This document shows positions 18,760 through 27,920 of a DNA stretch of 64,000 nucleotides, piece by piece; position 1 is the first letter of the stretch; every line of letters begins with the position of its first letter. The notes beneath the pieces were generated by a model. That model saw only the letters and a list, made by a program, of their open reading frames with translations, searched no databases and had not been told where the DNA came from. Location: assembly GCA_965649205.1 (NCBI GenBank), contig CBFGJV010000005.1, positions 12,506 through 76,505 on the forward strand. The letters run 5' to 3'. Source of the DNA: a candidate division WOR-3 bacterium (GTDB taxonomy: Bacteria; Hydrothermota; Tepidihabitantia; Tepidihabitantales; Tepidihabitantaceae). The position numbers and the translations under genes are program-made.

Positions 18760-21657
18760 ATGAGAAACAGGATACATGCAACTGGTTGTGTACTCCTTCT
18801 GTTGCTGATTTGTGGGCTGGGCCTGGCCGGTAACACCGGCACCATTGTGGGCCGGGTGACGGACAAGAAAACAGGCGAACCGCTGGCTTTTGCCAACGTA
18901 GTAGTCGAAGGTACCGAGCTGGGTGCGGCGACAGACGAAATGGGCCGATACCAGATAATCAACGTTCCGCCAGGCCGGTACAAGGTAACGGCTTCCTATA
19001 TAAGATACAATCCCATGTCGGTGACCGACGTGCTGGTAGTTCAGGACCAGACTGTCACGGTTGATTTCAAATTGTCAGAGACGGTGGTGGAAATAGGGAA
19101 GGTAGTAGAGGTGACGGCGAAGAAGGTGGAATTGGTGAATCCCACCACCGTGTCAGTTGAGCGCATCGTCACAGATCAGGAGTTCAAACGTTTGCCTGTT
19201 ACGCAGCTTTCCGAGCTGGTGGGTATGCAGGCAGGTGTGACACAGACTGCCGGCCGGGGATGGACGCACATCCGCGGAGGCCGGTTTGACGACGTGTCGT
19301 ACCTTGTGGACGGCGTGGCGGCTCAGGACAAGGTGTACGGAACTCTGTGGTCCTCGCCCAAGCCGACTACGGACGCCATACAGTCAGTAGTGGTGATAAC
19401 GGGTGGCTTTGATGCTGAGTATGGCGAAGCTATGTCGGGCATCATAAAGGCGGTGACCAAAGAGGGCGGACAACGCGTTTCGGGCCGGGTAAACTATCTT
19501 ACAGATGACATTTTCCCCGGGAAGGACCTCAATTACGGTTACAACCGTCTGGCCGCTAGCATCGGTGGTCCCACACCGTTGTGGAACAGGTTGCGTTACT
19601 TTATTTCTACAGAGTATCTGAAGACTGACGATGACCGGGGTTGTCTCTATCGGGTTGACGCTCCGCGGGGAGAGTATGCAGCCGAGGGTAAACTGACCCT
19701 GGCCATGCCCAAATCCTTCCCGCTGACGAAAGAAGGGCTGAAACTGACGCTGGACGGGTATCATTCCAACTACCAGTGGCGGACCTATTCGCATACATAC
19801 AAGTTCTGGCTCCGGGGTCTTTATGCCAACCGGGTAAGGTCCACCAAGAGCAATCTGACTTTGAACCATATGCTTTCGCCCACCACGGTGTACGAAGCCA
19901 AGGCCGGGTTGTTTATGACTTCGCTCATGCGTTCGGTGCGTAACTTCTATGCGGAAGAGGCTGATACCCTTGGCTTCTGGGGCACCATGCGCAAGTTGGG
20001 CATCTGGGACAGATATTTCTTCCGCGCCGAGGACTGGGTGTTCAACTGGAAGCGATACTATGACTATGAGATGGCTCATCCGGACAGGTTTGATACCACC
20101 AAGACCCCTCGCAGTATTCAGGATGCGGTATTGAAGCTGTTCCGGTCCTACTGGCTGACGCCGGATTCAGTGATTGTGTACGCTCACCCTGGGGAACGGA
20201 ATTTCTTGCAGGGGTATGCGATGATTGACAATCCCTACGGAGTGGCGGGGTTATTCATCACGGAAGGCGACGACCGCTCCTGGCACTATCGGGCGACGAA
20301 TCAGTACTACGGGAAAATAGACCTGACCCGTACCATAAACAAGGTGCACGAAATAAAGACGGGCGTGCACATTACGCAGTATTCCATCTCGGTTTATGAG
20401 AATTCTCTGCCTTGGGACCCGAATCCATTCTGGGACGCCTTCAATTACAAACCGCTGGTGGCCGCGGCTTATCTGCAGGACAAGGCTGACTTTGAAGACT
20501 TGGTAGTGCGGGCAGGTTTGAGATTCGACCTGCTTGATTCCAAAGCGAGGGTGAGGGCATTCCCAGAGAGTCTGGGCGCTCGGCCGGAGATTGCGGACAG
20601 CATGCTGCCGGTTCCGGCAAAGTATCGGCTGTCTCCCCGTCTGGGTCTGTCTTACCCCATTACGGAGAGAATCAAGTTCAGGTTTAGCTACGGTCACTTC
20701 TTCAAGAATCCGACGTTCAGCAATCTCTATACTTATGCAGACAAGAGCGCGGCTGAGCTGCGGGGACGAGGAAACATTGTGGTTGGTAATGCGGATATGA
20801 GCGCAGAGAAGACGGTGGCCTATGAAATGGGATTTGACGCCCAGCTGTCGGACATATTCCAGTTCGATGTGACTGCTTTCTACAAGGACGTATTTGACCT
20901 TTCGGGCATCAGAACAGTGCAGGCTTTGCCGCAGCCCTATTCTATGTTCTACAATGTGGAGTATGCCCGCATTCAGGGATTTGAGGCGACGATGGTCAAG
21001 GTGCTGTCCGATTACTGGTCGGCCCGCATAGGCTATACCTTCAGCATAGCCAAGGGCACCGCTTCGGACGCCTGGACTCAGTATGGACGCAGCACTCCGT
21101 ACAAGATAGACTACTACCTGGCGCAGGATAAGCGACATTCTTTGAACGGTGATTTGGGATTCTCCTTCCCCTCTGATTTCGCCTTCGTTCCGCTGCGAGA
21201 TTTCAACATATCCGGCGTTGCCTCCTATGGCTCGGGCACACCCTACACTCCCACTGATATAAGAGGGCAGCCTACTGGTCCGGAAAATTCCGCCAGACTG
21301 CCGAGCACGTTCAACGTAGACGCCAGGATGTCAAAAGACCTGCGTCTGGGAGGAGTGGCGCTTACGCTTTCCTGCGACGTGACCAATGTGACCAACGCTA
21401 TTCAGATAGTCAATGTGCACTCTGCCACAGGTAAGCCGGATTTCACTGGCAGGATAATTACACCTGCGGAATTCGGCAGCGGCATAGCCTTTGGCGATTT
21501 CTACTACCATCCGGCGCGCGACTATAATCACGACGGATATCTTAGCCGGTTTGAGATGTATCACTCCTATGTGCGAGCCTACAATGACAGAAACAATCCT
21601 CCGACTTTCTACGGTCCGCCGCGGAAAGTACGGATCGGCGTCAGTCTGTCGTTCTAA
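18760..21657 (+). CDS. TonB-dependent outer-membrane receptor with N-terminal CarboxypepD_reg-like domain
   Basis: Signal peptide. GTIVGRVTDKKTGEPLAFANVVVEG (carboxypeptidase-regulatory-like). TonB-box-like VVEVTA. Plug motif IRGGR...VDGV. A long barrel ends in ...VRIGVSLSF (terminal aromatic residue). Confidence 0.85.
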   Translation: MRNRIHATGCVLLLLLICGLGLAGNTGTIVGRVTDKKTGEPLAFANVVVEGTELGAATDEMGRYQIINVPPGRYKVTASYIRYNPMSVTDVLVVQDQTVTVDFKLSETVVEIGKVVEVTAKKVELVNPTTVSVERIVTDQEFKRLPVTQLSELVGMQAGVTQTAGRGWTHIRGGRFDDVSYLVDGVAAQDKVYGTLWSSPKPTTDAIQSVVVITGGFDAEYGEAMSGIIKAVTKEGGQRVSGRVNYLTDDIFPGKDLNYGYNRLAASIGGPTPLWNRLRYFISTEYLKTDDDRGCLYRVDAPRGEYAAEGKLTLAMPKSFPLTKEGLKLTLDGYHSNYQWRTYSHTYKFWLRGLYANRVRSTKSNLTLNHMLSPTTVYEAKAGLFMTSLMRSVRNFYAEEADTLGFWGTMRKLGIWDRYFFRAEDWVFNWKRYYDYEMAHPDRFDTTKTPRSIQDAVLKLFRSYWLTPDSVIVYAHPGERNFLQGYAMIDNPYGVAGLFITEGDDRSWHYRATNQYYGKIDLTRTINKVHEIKTGVHITQYSISVYENSLPWDPNPFWDAFNYKPLVAAAYLQDKADFEDLVVRAGLRFDLLDSKARVRAFPESLGARPEIADSMLPVPAKYRLSPRLGLSYPITERIKFRFSYGHFFKNPTFSNLYTYADKSAAELRGRGNIVVGNADMSAEKTVAYEMGFDAQLSDIFQFDVTAFYKDVFDLSGIRTVQALPQPYSMFYNVEYARIQGFEATMVKVLSDYWSARIGYTFSIAKGTASDAWTQYGRSTPYKIDYYLAQDKRHSLNGDLGFSFPSDFAFVPLRDFNISGVASYGSGTPYTPTDIRGQPTGPENSARLPSTFNVDARMSKDLRLGGVALTLSCDVTNVTNAIQIVNVHSATGKPDFTGRIITPAEFGSGIAFGDFYYHPARDYNHDGYLSRFEMYHSYVRAYNDRNNPPTFYGPPRKVRIGVSLSF

Positions 21658-21667
21658 GGAGGCATAA

Positions 21668-24538
21668 ATGAGAAATATGAACAACAAATACAGGGTCGGA
21701 ATGAGTCTCTTGCTACTTCTGGTGTTTGCCGGCAGCGTGCTGGCTGCCACTGCCACACCACCGCCTCCGCCCAAGCGGGTGTACGATATGAAGTGGCTGA
21801 ATATCAATAAGTGGAGGTGTCCGTTCTACAACGATGGCCGGTACGGAATTGACGTAACCCGCGGTTCCGGCGCGGCCGGAGGCTCCTGGCCTCAGCCCTT
21901 CAAGAATATGTACATATTCGGTGCGGGTATGTGGTTTGGCAGTTTGAAGCCGCGCGGGGAAAGGGTGGATACGCTGGTTACCTTTGGTTACAACCCGAAC
22001 TCGGGTGGCACGGAGATGACTCCCACAGCTGCCGCCTACGCGGACGAGGGGGCGGGCAATCCTCTGGACCGGATTTACGTCTTCCCCAACGACTGGCCGC
22101 CACCGCAGAGCCGCTTCGGCACAGATACTTCCCTGGTGCCGCAGGAGAACTTCTCCTTGCAGGATATGTGGTGTGTTTACTGCGACCTGGGCAAGGAGAA
22201 TCACATCGCTCCGGGCTATCCGCAGGGAGTAGAGTTCTATCAGACAATCTACGCTTGGAATTATCCGGCCAATCAGGACATATTCTTCATCGTGTATAAG
22301 GTGCGCAATGTGAGTAACGACACGCTGAAGAATTGCTATATTGGCGCCCTGATGGACCCGGATATCGGTGACCATACGGATGATATGGTGGGTCTGCTGC
22401 TGAATGATTTGGTGCCAGGCGTACCTGATACCGTGAAAAATGTCGGTTACGTGGGCGACAACAACAATCAGGAAAACCCGGGCGAAACCTGGGAACAGGG
22501 CACGCCGGGAGTGGTTGCCTACAAGTTTCTTGAGTCTCCGCGCGGACCGGACGGACGCCAGCTGGGTATGACCGCGTTCAAGAAGTTTACGATTGACATT
22601 GACCCGGTTACAGACCCGGCCCAGTATCTGACTATGGCAGGTTACGACTATCGAACCGGCGTAAAGTCTCCTTATGACTCGGTTGATGGAGCTCCTGCAG
22701 ACAAACGTTTTATTCAGTGTTCTGGGCCGTTCAATCTGGCCCCGGGGCAGGTGGAAGTTTTGATTGTAGCAACGATTGCCGCACCTTACGGCGGGCCTGG
22801 TCAGAGTTGGGAAGAGCGACGGGCTACTCCGGAATCCCTGGTACATCTGGCGAGAACGGCCAATAACGCGCAGTTTATCTATGACCAGGGCTGGTTGTTG
22901 CCCGGGCCGCCGGCTTCGCCCAATATCACCTTGATACCCGGAGACAACTCGGTGCGGATTGTCTGGGATAATCTGTCGGAAATAACCCCAGACCCGTACT
23001 ACGAGAAGGTGGCTTCCAAACCGTGGCCCAGCCCGGGACACGACCCAATGTACAAGGCCTACGATTTTCAGGGTTACATCGTGTACAAGTCCCGGAACGG
23101 CTCGGACTGGAGCATTTTGGCGCAGTGCGACCGCATAGACTCAATCATGTTTAAGTATCCGCCAGCCGGAGACAGCGCGACTCCGGAGAGTCTGTGGATA
23201 CAGGCGACGGATAAGGGAGTATTCTACTCAGTAGAGGATAAGAATGTCATAAATGGTTACACGTATTACTACTGCGTAACCGCATACGACTGGAATTATG
23301 TAACAACGGACTGGGATACGACCCAGACTCCGCCCAGACCCAAGGCTTGGGATACTCTTATTTTGCGTTCGGGGATTGTGGCTAACTATTCCACTGTGCC
23401 GCGCTGGCACGCGGCGAACTACGAAAATCCTTTAACCAGAGTTGACATCCTGGCGGGAAATCCGGATACGTTGACGCAGGGGCTCAAACTTTCCAGTTCC
23501 GTAGTTATACCTTACAAGGTTACCGCAGACACCTACGAGATACGCTTCCTGGACCCGGTTTATATTACCGCGTCAAAGTACAGGTGCCGCTATGTGGTGA
23601 CGAACATATCAAAAGACAGTGTAGTGCTGGATACTACCGGATTTGATTACACGGTAGGAACAACGGTGGCGTTTTCTCTGCCGGTGTATAACGGGCAGGA
23701 AACCAAGTTGAGATTGTCATATACTGCACCGACCCAACCGTTTGACGACGCTACAGTTGAAACTGGTACTTATCCCAAAGAGCGGGTTAGGCCGGTAAGG
23801 GTGAGCGCGGGCGAACAGAAGGCGTTGTGGTGTTTCACGGGCGCTGATTACCGGATAGAATGGATAACGCTCAGCACGGGTAAATTGAGTGCCAGAATAA
23901 CAGATGTGCATACCGGGCGCGTGCTACCCTTCACCCGTTACGACACCAGACAGGCGGCGGACGCAAATGGCTGGTGTTTTGTGAACCGGGTAGCGCAGAG
24001 ACCCAATGATACGTTGACGACCGGAGCGGCTCTCATCTATATCTGCGGCGGATATGTGGCGATGAACTACACCGGCACTGTCGGCGATTCCATCGGCGGG
24101 CTCATAAGCGAGATAAAGGACGGTGACGTGTGGATGGTTACCGGTCACAAGGCGCAGAAGACGGCCGGTCATTACAATGTGTTCCAGCTGATATCCAAGC
24201 CGGGTGGGGAAAAGACTACGCGAGTTGATTCTCTCAAGGTCAAAGTCGTGCCTAATCCCTACATCGTGTTCAACCAGTGGGAGAAGAGTTCTGACGACCG
24301 TAAGATCAAGTTCACCCATCTGCCTATGACTTGCACGATTCGGATTTTCACCCTTTCCGGTGACTTGGTGAAGGTGATAGAGCACAAGGATGACCCGAAT
24401 GCGCCTCTGGACCGGGGAGGAACCGCCAGCTGGGATCTGTTGAATGACAACTCACAGCTCATTGCCTCAGGCGTGTATGTGTACCACGTCACGTCTGATG
24501 TGGGCGATTACACCGGCAAGTTTGTGGTCATCCACTAG
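21668..24538 (+). CDS. Large secreted protein of unknown function with T9SS/FlgD-Ig-type CTD
   Basis: AAGGAGG RBS and a signal peptide ending VLAATA. The C-terminal ~95 aa read VVPNPYIV...IRIFTLSGDLVKVIEH...WDLLNDNSQLIASGVYVYHVTS...GKFVVIH. The start lies 10 nt after the receptor gene's stop. Confidence 0.7.
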   Translation: MRNMNNKYRVGMSLLLLLVFAGSVLAATATPPPPPKRVYDMKWLNINKWRCPFYNDGRYGIDVTRGSGAAGGSWPQPFKNMYIFGAGMWFGSLKPRGERVDTLVTFGYNPNSGGTEMTPTAAAYADEGAGNPLDRIYVFPNDWPPPQSRFGTDTSLVPQENFSLQDMWCVYCDLGKENHIAPGYPQGVEFYQTIYAWNYPANQDIFFIVYKVRNVSNDTLKNCYIGALMDPDIGDHTDDMVGLLLNDLVPGVPDTVKNVGYVGDNNNQENPGETWEQGTPGVVAYKFLESPRGPDGRQLGMTAFKKFTIDIDPVTDPAQYLTMAGYDYRTGVKSPYDSVDGAPADKRFIQCSGPFNLAPGQVEVLIVATIAAPYGGPGQSWEERRATPESLVHLARTANNAQFIYDQGWLLPGPPASPNITLIPGDNSVRIVWDNLSEITPDPYYEKVASKPWPSPGHDPMYKAYDFQGYIVYKSRNGSDWSILAQCDRIDSIMFKYPPAGDSATPESLWIQATDKGVFYSVEDKNVINGYTYYYCVTAYDWNYVTTDWDTTQTPPRPKAWDTLILRSGIVANYSTVPRWHAANYENPLTRVDILAGNPDTLTQGLKLSSSVVIPYKVTADTYEIRFLDPVYITASKYRCRYVVTNISKDSVVLDTTGFDYTVGTTVAFSLPVYNGQETKLRLSYTAPTQPFDDATVETGTYPKERVRPVRVSAGEQKALWCFTGADYRIEWITLSTGKLSARITDVHTGRVLPFTRYDTRQAADANGWCFVNRVAQRPNDTLTTGAALIYICGGYVAMNYTGTVGDSIGGLISEIKDGDVWMVTGHKAQKTAGHYNVFQLISKPGGEKTTRVDSLKVKVVPNPYIVFNQWEKSSDDRKIKFTHLPMTCTIRIFTLSGDLVKVIEHKDDPNAPLDRGGTASWDLLNDNSQLIASGVYVYHVTSDVGDYTGKFVVIH

Positions 24539-24554
24539 AGGAACGGAGGAAAAG

Positions 24555-25619
24555 ATGAAAACAACCAATAACACTTTTCCGGTGAGACTGCTGGTAGTGT
24601 CCCTGCTGGTGCTAATGACTGCGTCGGTAGGGCTGGCAGCGTTTTCCAAGGTGGGTACGACAGGCGCGGCGTTTCTGAAGATAGGCGTGGGCAGAGCGAC
24701 GGCAATGGGAGAGGCCTTCACGGCCATTGCCGACGACGCCTCAGCCTGTTACTTCAACCCGGCCGGTCTGGCGCACACCGTCCGGCAGGTGCAGTTCAAT
24801 CACGCGGACTGGATTGCGGACATAAACCACGACCATCTGGCTGTGGTGCTGCCCTGGACCAATTTCGGCACGCTGAGTTTCGCGGTTACGGCCCTGTCTA
24901 TGGGAGATATGGAGCAGACTACCGTAGATAATCCGTCAACCCGGGCACGCGAAGACGAAGGCACAGGGCTGAAATTCGGCGCGGCAGACTTTGCGGTGGG
25001 CGTTTCCTATGCCCGTATCATCACAGACAAACTGTCCTTTGGCTTTACGGCCCGGGCGGTACAGCAGACCATATGGGATATGTCCGCCAGCGCCCTGGGG
25101 GTGGATTTCGGACTCTATTACAACACCGGATTCCGCTCGCTGCGTATCGGCGCCACTGTATCCAATTTCGGCACCCAGCTGGCGTTCACCGGTCGGCAGC
25201 TGGAGTACGGGTTCACCTGGCCGGGTGATTCCGGACCACCGGGTCTGCGCGGCAGCTATCGTACGGACGCAATGCCTCTGCCGACTGTGTTCCGGTTCGG
25301 GATTGCGTATGACCTGATGGATACGGAGCAGAGCAAACTGACGGCGGCAGTGGACCTGACTCATCCCTCGGACATAAACGAGACGGTAAACTTCGGGTTG
25401 GAGTATGGTTACTCAAATCTGTTTTTCCTGCGGGGCGGATATATACTGAATGTGGATCAGGAGTATGCCGAGAAGGTCGGTCGGATTTCCGGGCTTACGG
25501 CCGGCTGCGGAGTGAAGGCAGAGCCGACCCAAGGTCTGAAGCTCGGCCTGGATTATTCCTTCCGCTTTCTCAAGTATCTGAGGCCCACGCATCGGGTGCA
25601 GTTGACTGTAGGTTTCTAG
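24555..25619 (+). CDS. PorV/FadL-family outer-membrane beta-barrel
   Basis: GGAGGA RBS plus ATG 24555, trimmed from the track start 24444, which overlaps the upstream gene. Signal peptide. TTGAAFLKIGVGRATAMGEAFTAIADDASACYFNPAGLA resembles the conserved N-terminal PorV/FadL-type motif. The C-terminus ...VQLTVGF has a terminal aromatic residue. Confidence 0.6.
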   Translation: MKTTNNTFPVRLLVVSLLVLMTASVGLAAFSKVGTTGAAFLKIGVGRATAMGEAFTAIADDASACYFNPAGLAHTVRQVQFNHADWIADINHDHLAVVLPWTNFGTLSFAVTALSMGDMEQTTVDNPSTRAREDEGTGLKFGAADFAVGVSYARIITDKLSFGFTARAVQQTIWDMSASALGVDFGLYYNTGFRSLRIGATVSNFGTQLAFTGRQLEYGFTWPGDSGPPGLRGSYRTDAMPLPTVFRFGIAYDLMDTEQSKLTAAVDLTHPSDINETVNFGLEYGYSNLFFLRGGYILNVDQEYAEKVGRISGLTAGCGVKAEPTQGLKLGLDYSFRFLKYLRPTHRVQLTVGF

Positions 25620-25642
25620 CTCTAATTTCGTGAAGGCAGTAG

Positions 25643-25670
25643 CAGCAGGAGCCCGGCTGGGCTCCTGCTG
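25643..25670 (+). terminator. Stem-loop between the PorV-like and C11 peptidase genes (possible terminator or attenuator)
   Basis: CAGCAGGAGCCC-GGCT-GGGCTCCTGCTG forms a 12-bp perfect stem followed by TCTTC. There is no strong U-tract, so it may be only a partial terminator or a processing site. Confidence 0.35.
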
Positions 25671-25702
25671 TCTTCAGAGAGGCGTTTCGGAGCCAGAGAA
25701 TT

Positions 25703-27895
25703 ATGAATTACTCACGACAGTTTGGTTCTGAGTCCAGGCAGGGGAAAGTAATCAGGAGGCGGAACTGGACAGTGTTCGTATTCTTGTTCTTGGTGCTGGG
25801 AGGATGGGCGAGTCTGGTGCGGGCTGCACAGTGGACCGTAGGTATTTATATGTGTGCGGATAACGGTATGAATGACCAGGCCTACGAAGACTTGGCAGAG
25901 ATGAAACAGATAGGCTCTTCAAACGAGGTCAATATCATTGTGCAGGTGGACAATGCTGCCAGAGATTCCCATCCCGGTTGCCGCCGCTACCGGATAAGAA
26001 AGAACGGGCTGGAGTTGCTTGCCGACCTGGGCGAAGTGGATATGGCTGATACGGCAACGCTTATCGGGTTTGGGCGATTTTTGGCCCAGAAGTTTCCGGC
26101 CGACAAATACTTTCTTGTACTCTGGGATCATGGCAGCGGCTGGCACGAAGGTACGGGCAGGACGGACTGGATATTTCAGGATGAAACGCCTGTTTTCCGA
26201 ACAATGGGCGTGGCAGGAGGAGAGCTGGCCGCGGCAGTGGCTTCCATCAAGAGAATACTGGGCAAAAGAATTGCCATACTGGGGTTTGACGCCTGTCTTA
26301 TGGGTATGATGGAAGTGGCCACAGAGGTGCTGGGAGGGTGCGATTATATGTTGGGCTCAGAAGGGCTGGTGCCGTGGGGAGGTTGGCCCTATGACAAGAT
26401 ACTGGAACTTCTGGTCGCAAGTCCTGTTTCCACCCCAGAGGAAGTGCTACCCGCGGTGTGCGCGGCCTATGTGGAAGCATATCCGGGTGAGGATGTGTGT
26501 CTTTCTGCTTTGAATATGCGGCAGCTTACGAGAGTGCTGTCTGCCTGTCGGAGAGTGCTGCAGGACAGTCTGGACATTTCCCGGTCAGAACTGCGAACAG
26601 CGCGGCAGCAGGTACAGACATTTCCGCTGGAGCCGGGCCACAGGCCGGTTCCTGCCGATGACCATATTGATTTTGGCCATTTCTGGCAACTGGGGGCAGA
26701 GTTGCCCGGCGTTCGGTCTCTGCGGATGGCGCTTGCGCCTCTGGTGGTGGCAGAGAGCAGTCAGGCCGGTTTTGACCGGGCGCAGGGAGCCGCAGTGTGG
26801 TTTCCTGACAACTACCTGGCGTTCAAGGCCGCAGCCAGGGCCTATGCTCGGTTGGCTTTTGCCGATTCCGTGCCGTGGCTGGAGTTTCTGAATGCGTATT
26901 TTGCTCTGGATGATGTGAAACCGACGCAGCCGGCTTTCACCCATTCCCGCCTAAGCAGAAAGAGGGATTTGCAGTTGTGGTGGAGTTCGGCCTGGGACCT
27001 GGCACCGGTGACATACACCCTGTACGAGTTTGACCGGGCAGAAGAGATGTTTTCTGATTACTGCGAGGATATGAACAACTGGAGCGCAGGAGGTTGGACG
27101 ACCAGCAGCCGATATGTCCGTTCGGCCGCAAACTCCTTTTTTTCCGGGTCAGCTTCCAATCTGGATAACAGGCTGGTTCTGCTTGCGCCGTTGGAACTAA
27201 GTCAGGGCGGTCTCCTTTCTTTTTTCGCCTTGTTTCAGACAGAAGAAGCGTTTGATTCTGCGGGGAGAATCAGACGGGACGTCTGCGTGTGTGAATGGTC
27301 CGGAGACCGTATACACTGGTCGGTGCTGGATTCGTTCTACGGTTCGTCTCTTTCCTGGCAGGAGCGTCGCTATGTGCTACCCGCCTGTTCCAGTCTGTAT
27401 CTGCGCTTTCGGTATGTCACCAATGGCAGCATCAATGGTCTGGGCGTTTTTCTGGAAGACATAAAGGTGTACCGGTTTGGCGAGTCCAGGATGGTAGCTG
27501 GTGGGGTGCGGGACACCTTTTTCCGTCTGTTCAATCTGAAACAGGGTACGCATAATTTCGTTGTGACAGCCCGGGACAGCTTCGGTAATGTTTCCCTGGC
27601 CAGCTATGCGCGGCAGGTGGAGGTGGCAGACTACGCCGAGCCTTACACCAGGCCGGCTCCGTTTTCCGGGGCGTGCCAGCTGGTACTGGACTTTCCGGCC
27701 GATGAAACTGTGGACGTCACCATACATACTGTCTCCGGTACGCCAGTCAGACGTTTTGACAGAGTTACCGAACGGCTGCTGGCCTGGGATGGCCGCAATC
27801 AGGCGGGCAGGGAATTAGCTGACGGAATGTACCTGGTGGTTGTAGAGGGAAAGAGTTTCCGCCAAGTGGGCAGAATCGCCAAGGTGGCGAGGTAG
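25703..27895 (+). CDS. Clostripain-like cysteine peptidase (family C11, clan CD) with T9SS/FlgD-Ig-type CTD
   Basis: Signal/anchor segment. His-Cys dyad context LVLWDHGSGW and LGFDACLMGMMEV. CTD-like end VDVTIHTVSGTPVRRF...LAWDGRNQAGRELADGMYLVVVEGKSFRQVGRIAKV. Confidence 0.8.
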   Translation: MNYSRQFGSESRQGKVIRRRNWTVFVFLFLVLGGWASLVRAAQWTVGIYMCADNGMNDQAYEDLAEMKQIGSSNEVNIIVQVDNAARDSHPGCRRYRIRKNGLELLADLGEVDMADTATLIGFGRFLAQKFPADKYFLVLWDHGSGWHEGTGRTDWIFQDETPVFRTMGVAGGELAAAVASIKRILGKRIAILGFDACLMGMMEVATEVLGGCDYMLGSEGLVPWGGWPYDKILELLVASPVSTPEEVLPAVCAAYVEAYPGEDVCLSALNMRQLTRVLSACRRVLQDSLDISRSELRTARQQVQTFPLEPGHRPVPADDHIDFGHFWQLGAELPGVRSLRMALAPLVVAESSQAGFDRAQGAAVWFPDNYLAFKAAARAYARLAFADSVPWLEFLNAYFALDDVKPTQPAFTHSRLSRKRDLQLWWSSAWDLAPVTYTLYEFDRAEEMFSDYCEDMNNWSAGGWTTSSRYVRSAANSFFSGSASNLDNRLVLLAPLELSQGGLLSFFALFQTEEAFDSAGRIRRDVCVCEWSGDRIHWSVLDSFYGSSLSWQERRYVLPACSSLYLRFRYVTNGSINGLGVFLEDIKVYRFGESRMVAGGVRDTFFRLFNLKQGTHNFVVTARDSFGNVSLASYARQVEVADYAEPYTRPAPFSGACQLVLDFPADETVDVTIHTVSGTPVRRFDRVTERLLAWDGRNQAGRELADGMYLVVVEGKSFRQVGRIAKVAR

Positions 27896-27920
27896 TAGCC
27901 AGTCAAGCAGGACGGTTTTT

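Noticed and set aside
21713-23041. 442-aa ORF on the - strand. Similar long antisense frames lie at 20251-21138, 11594-12547, 56333-57661 and 4410-5081.
   Set aside because: Each lies wholly inside a longer opposite-strand gene with signal peptides, RBSs and domain motifs. Their compositions are typical of shadow frames.
24444-24554. N-terminal 37-aa extension of the PorV-like ORF overlapping the 956-aa gene
   Set aside because: ATG 24555 has a GGAGGA RBS and is followed immediately by a signal peptide. The extension is read-through of the upstream gene's 3' end in another frame.
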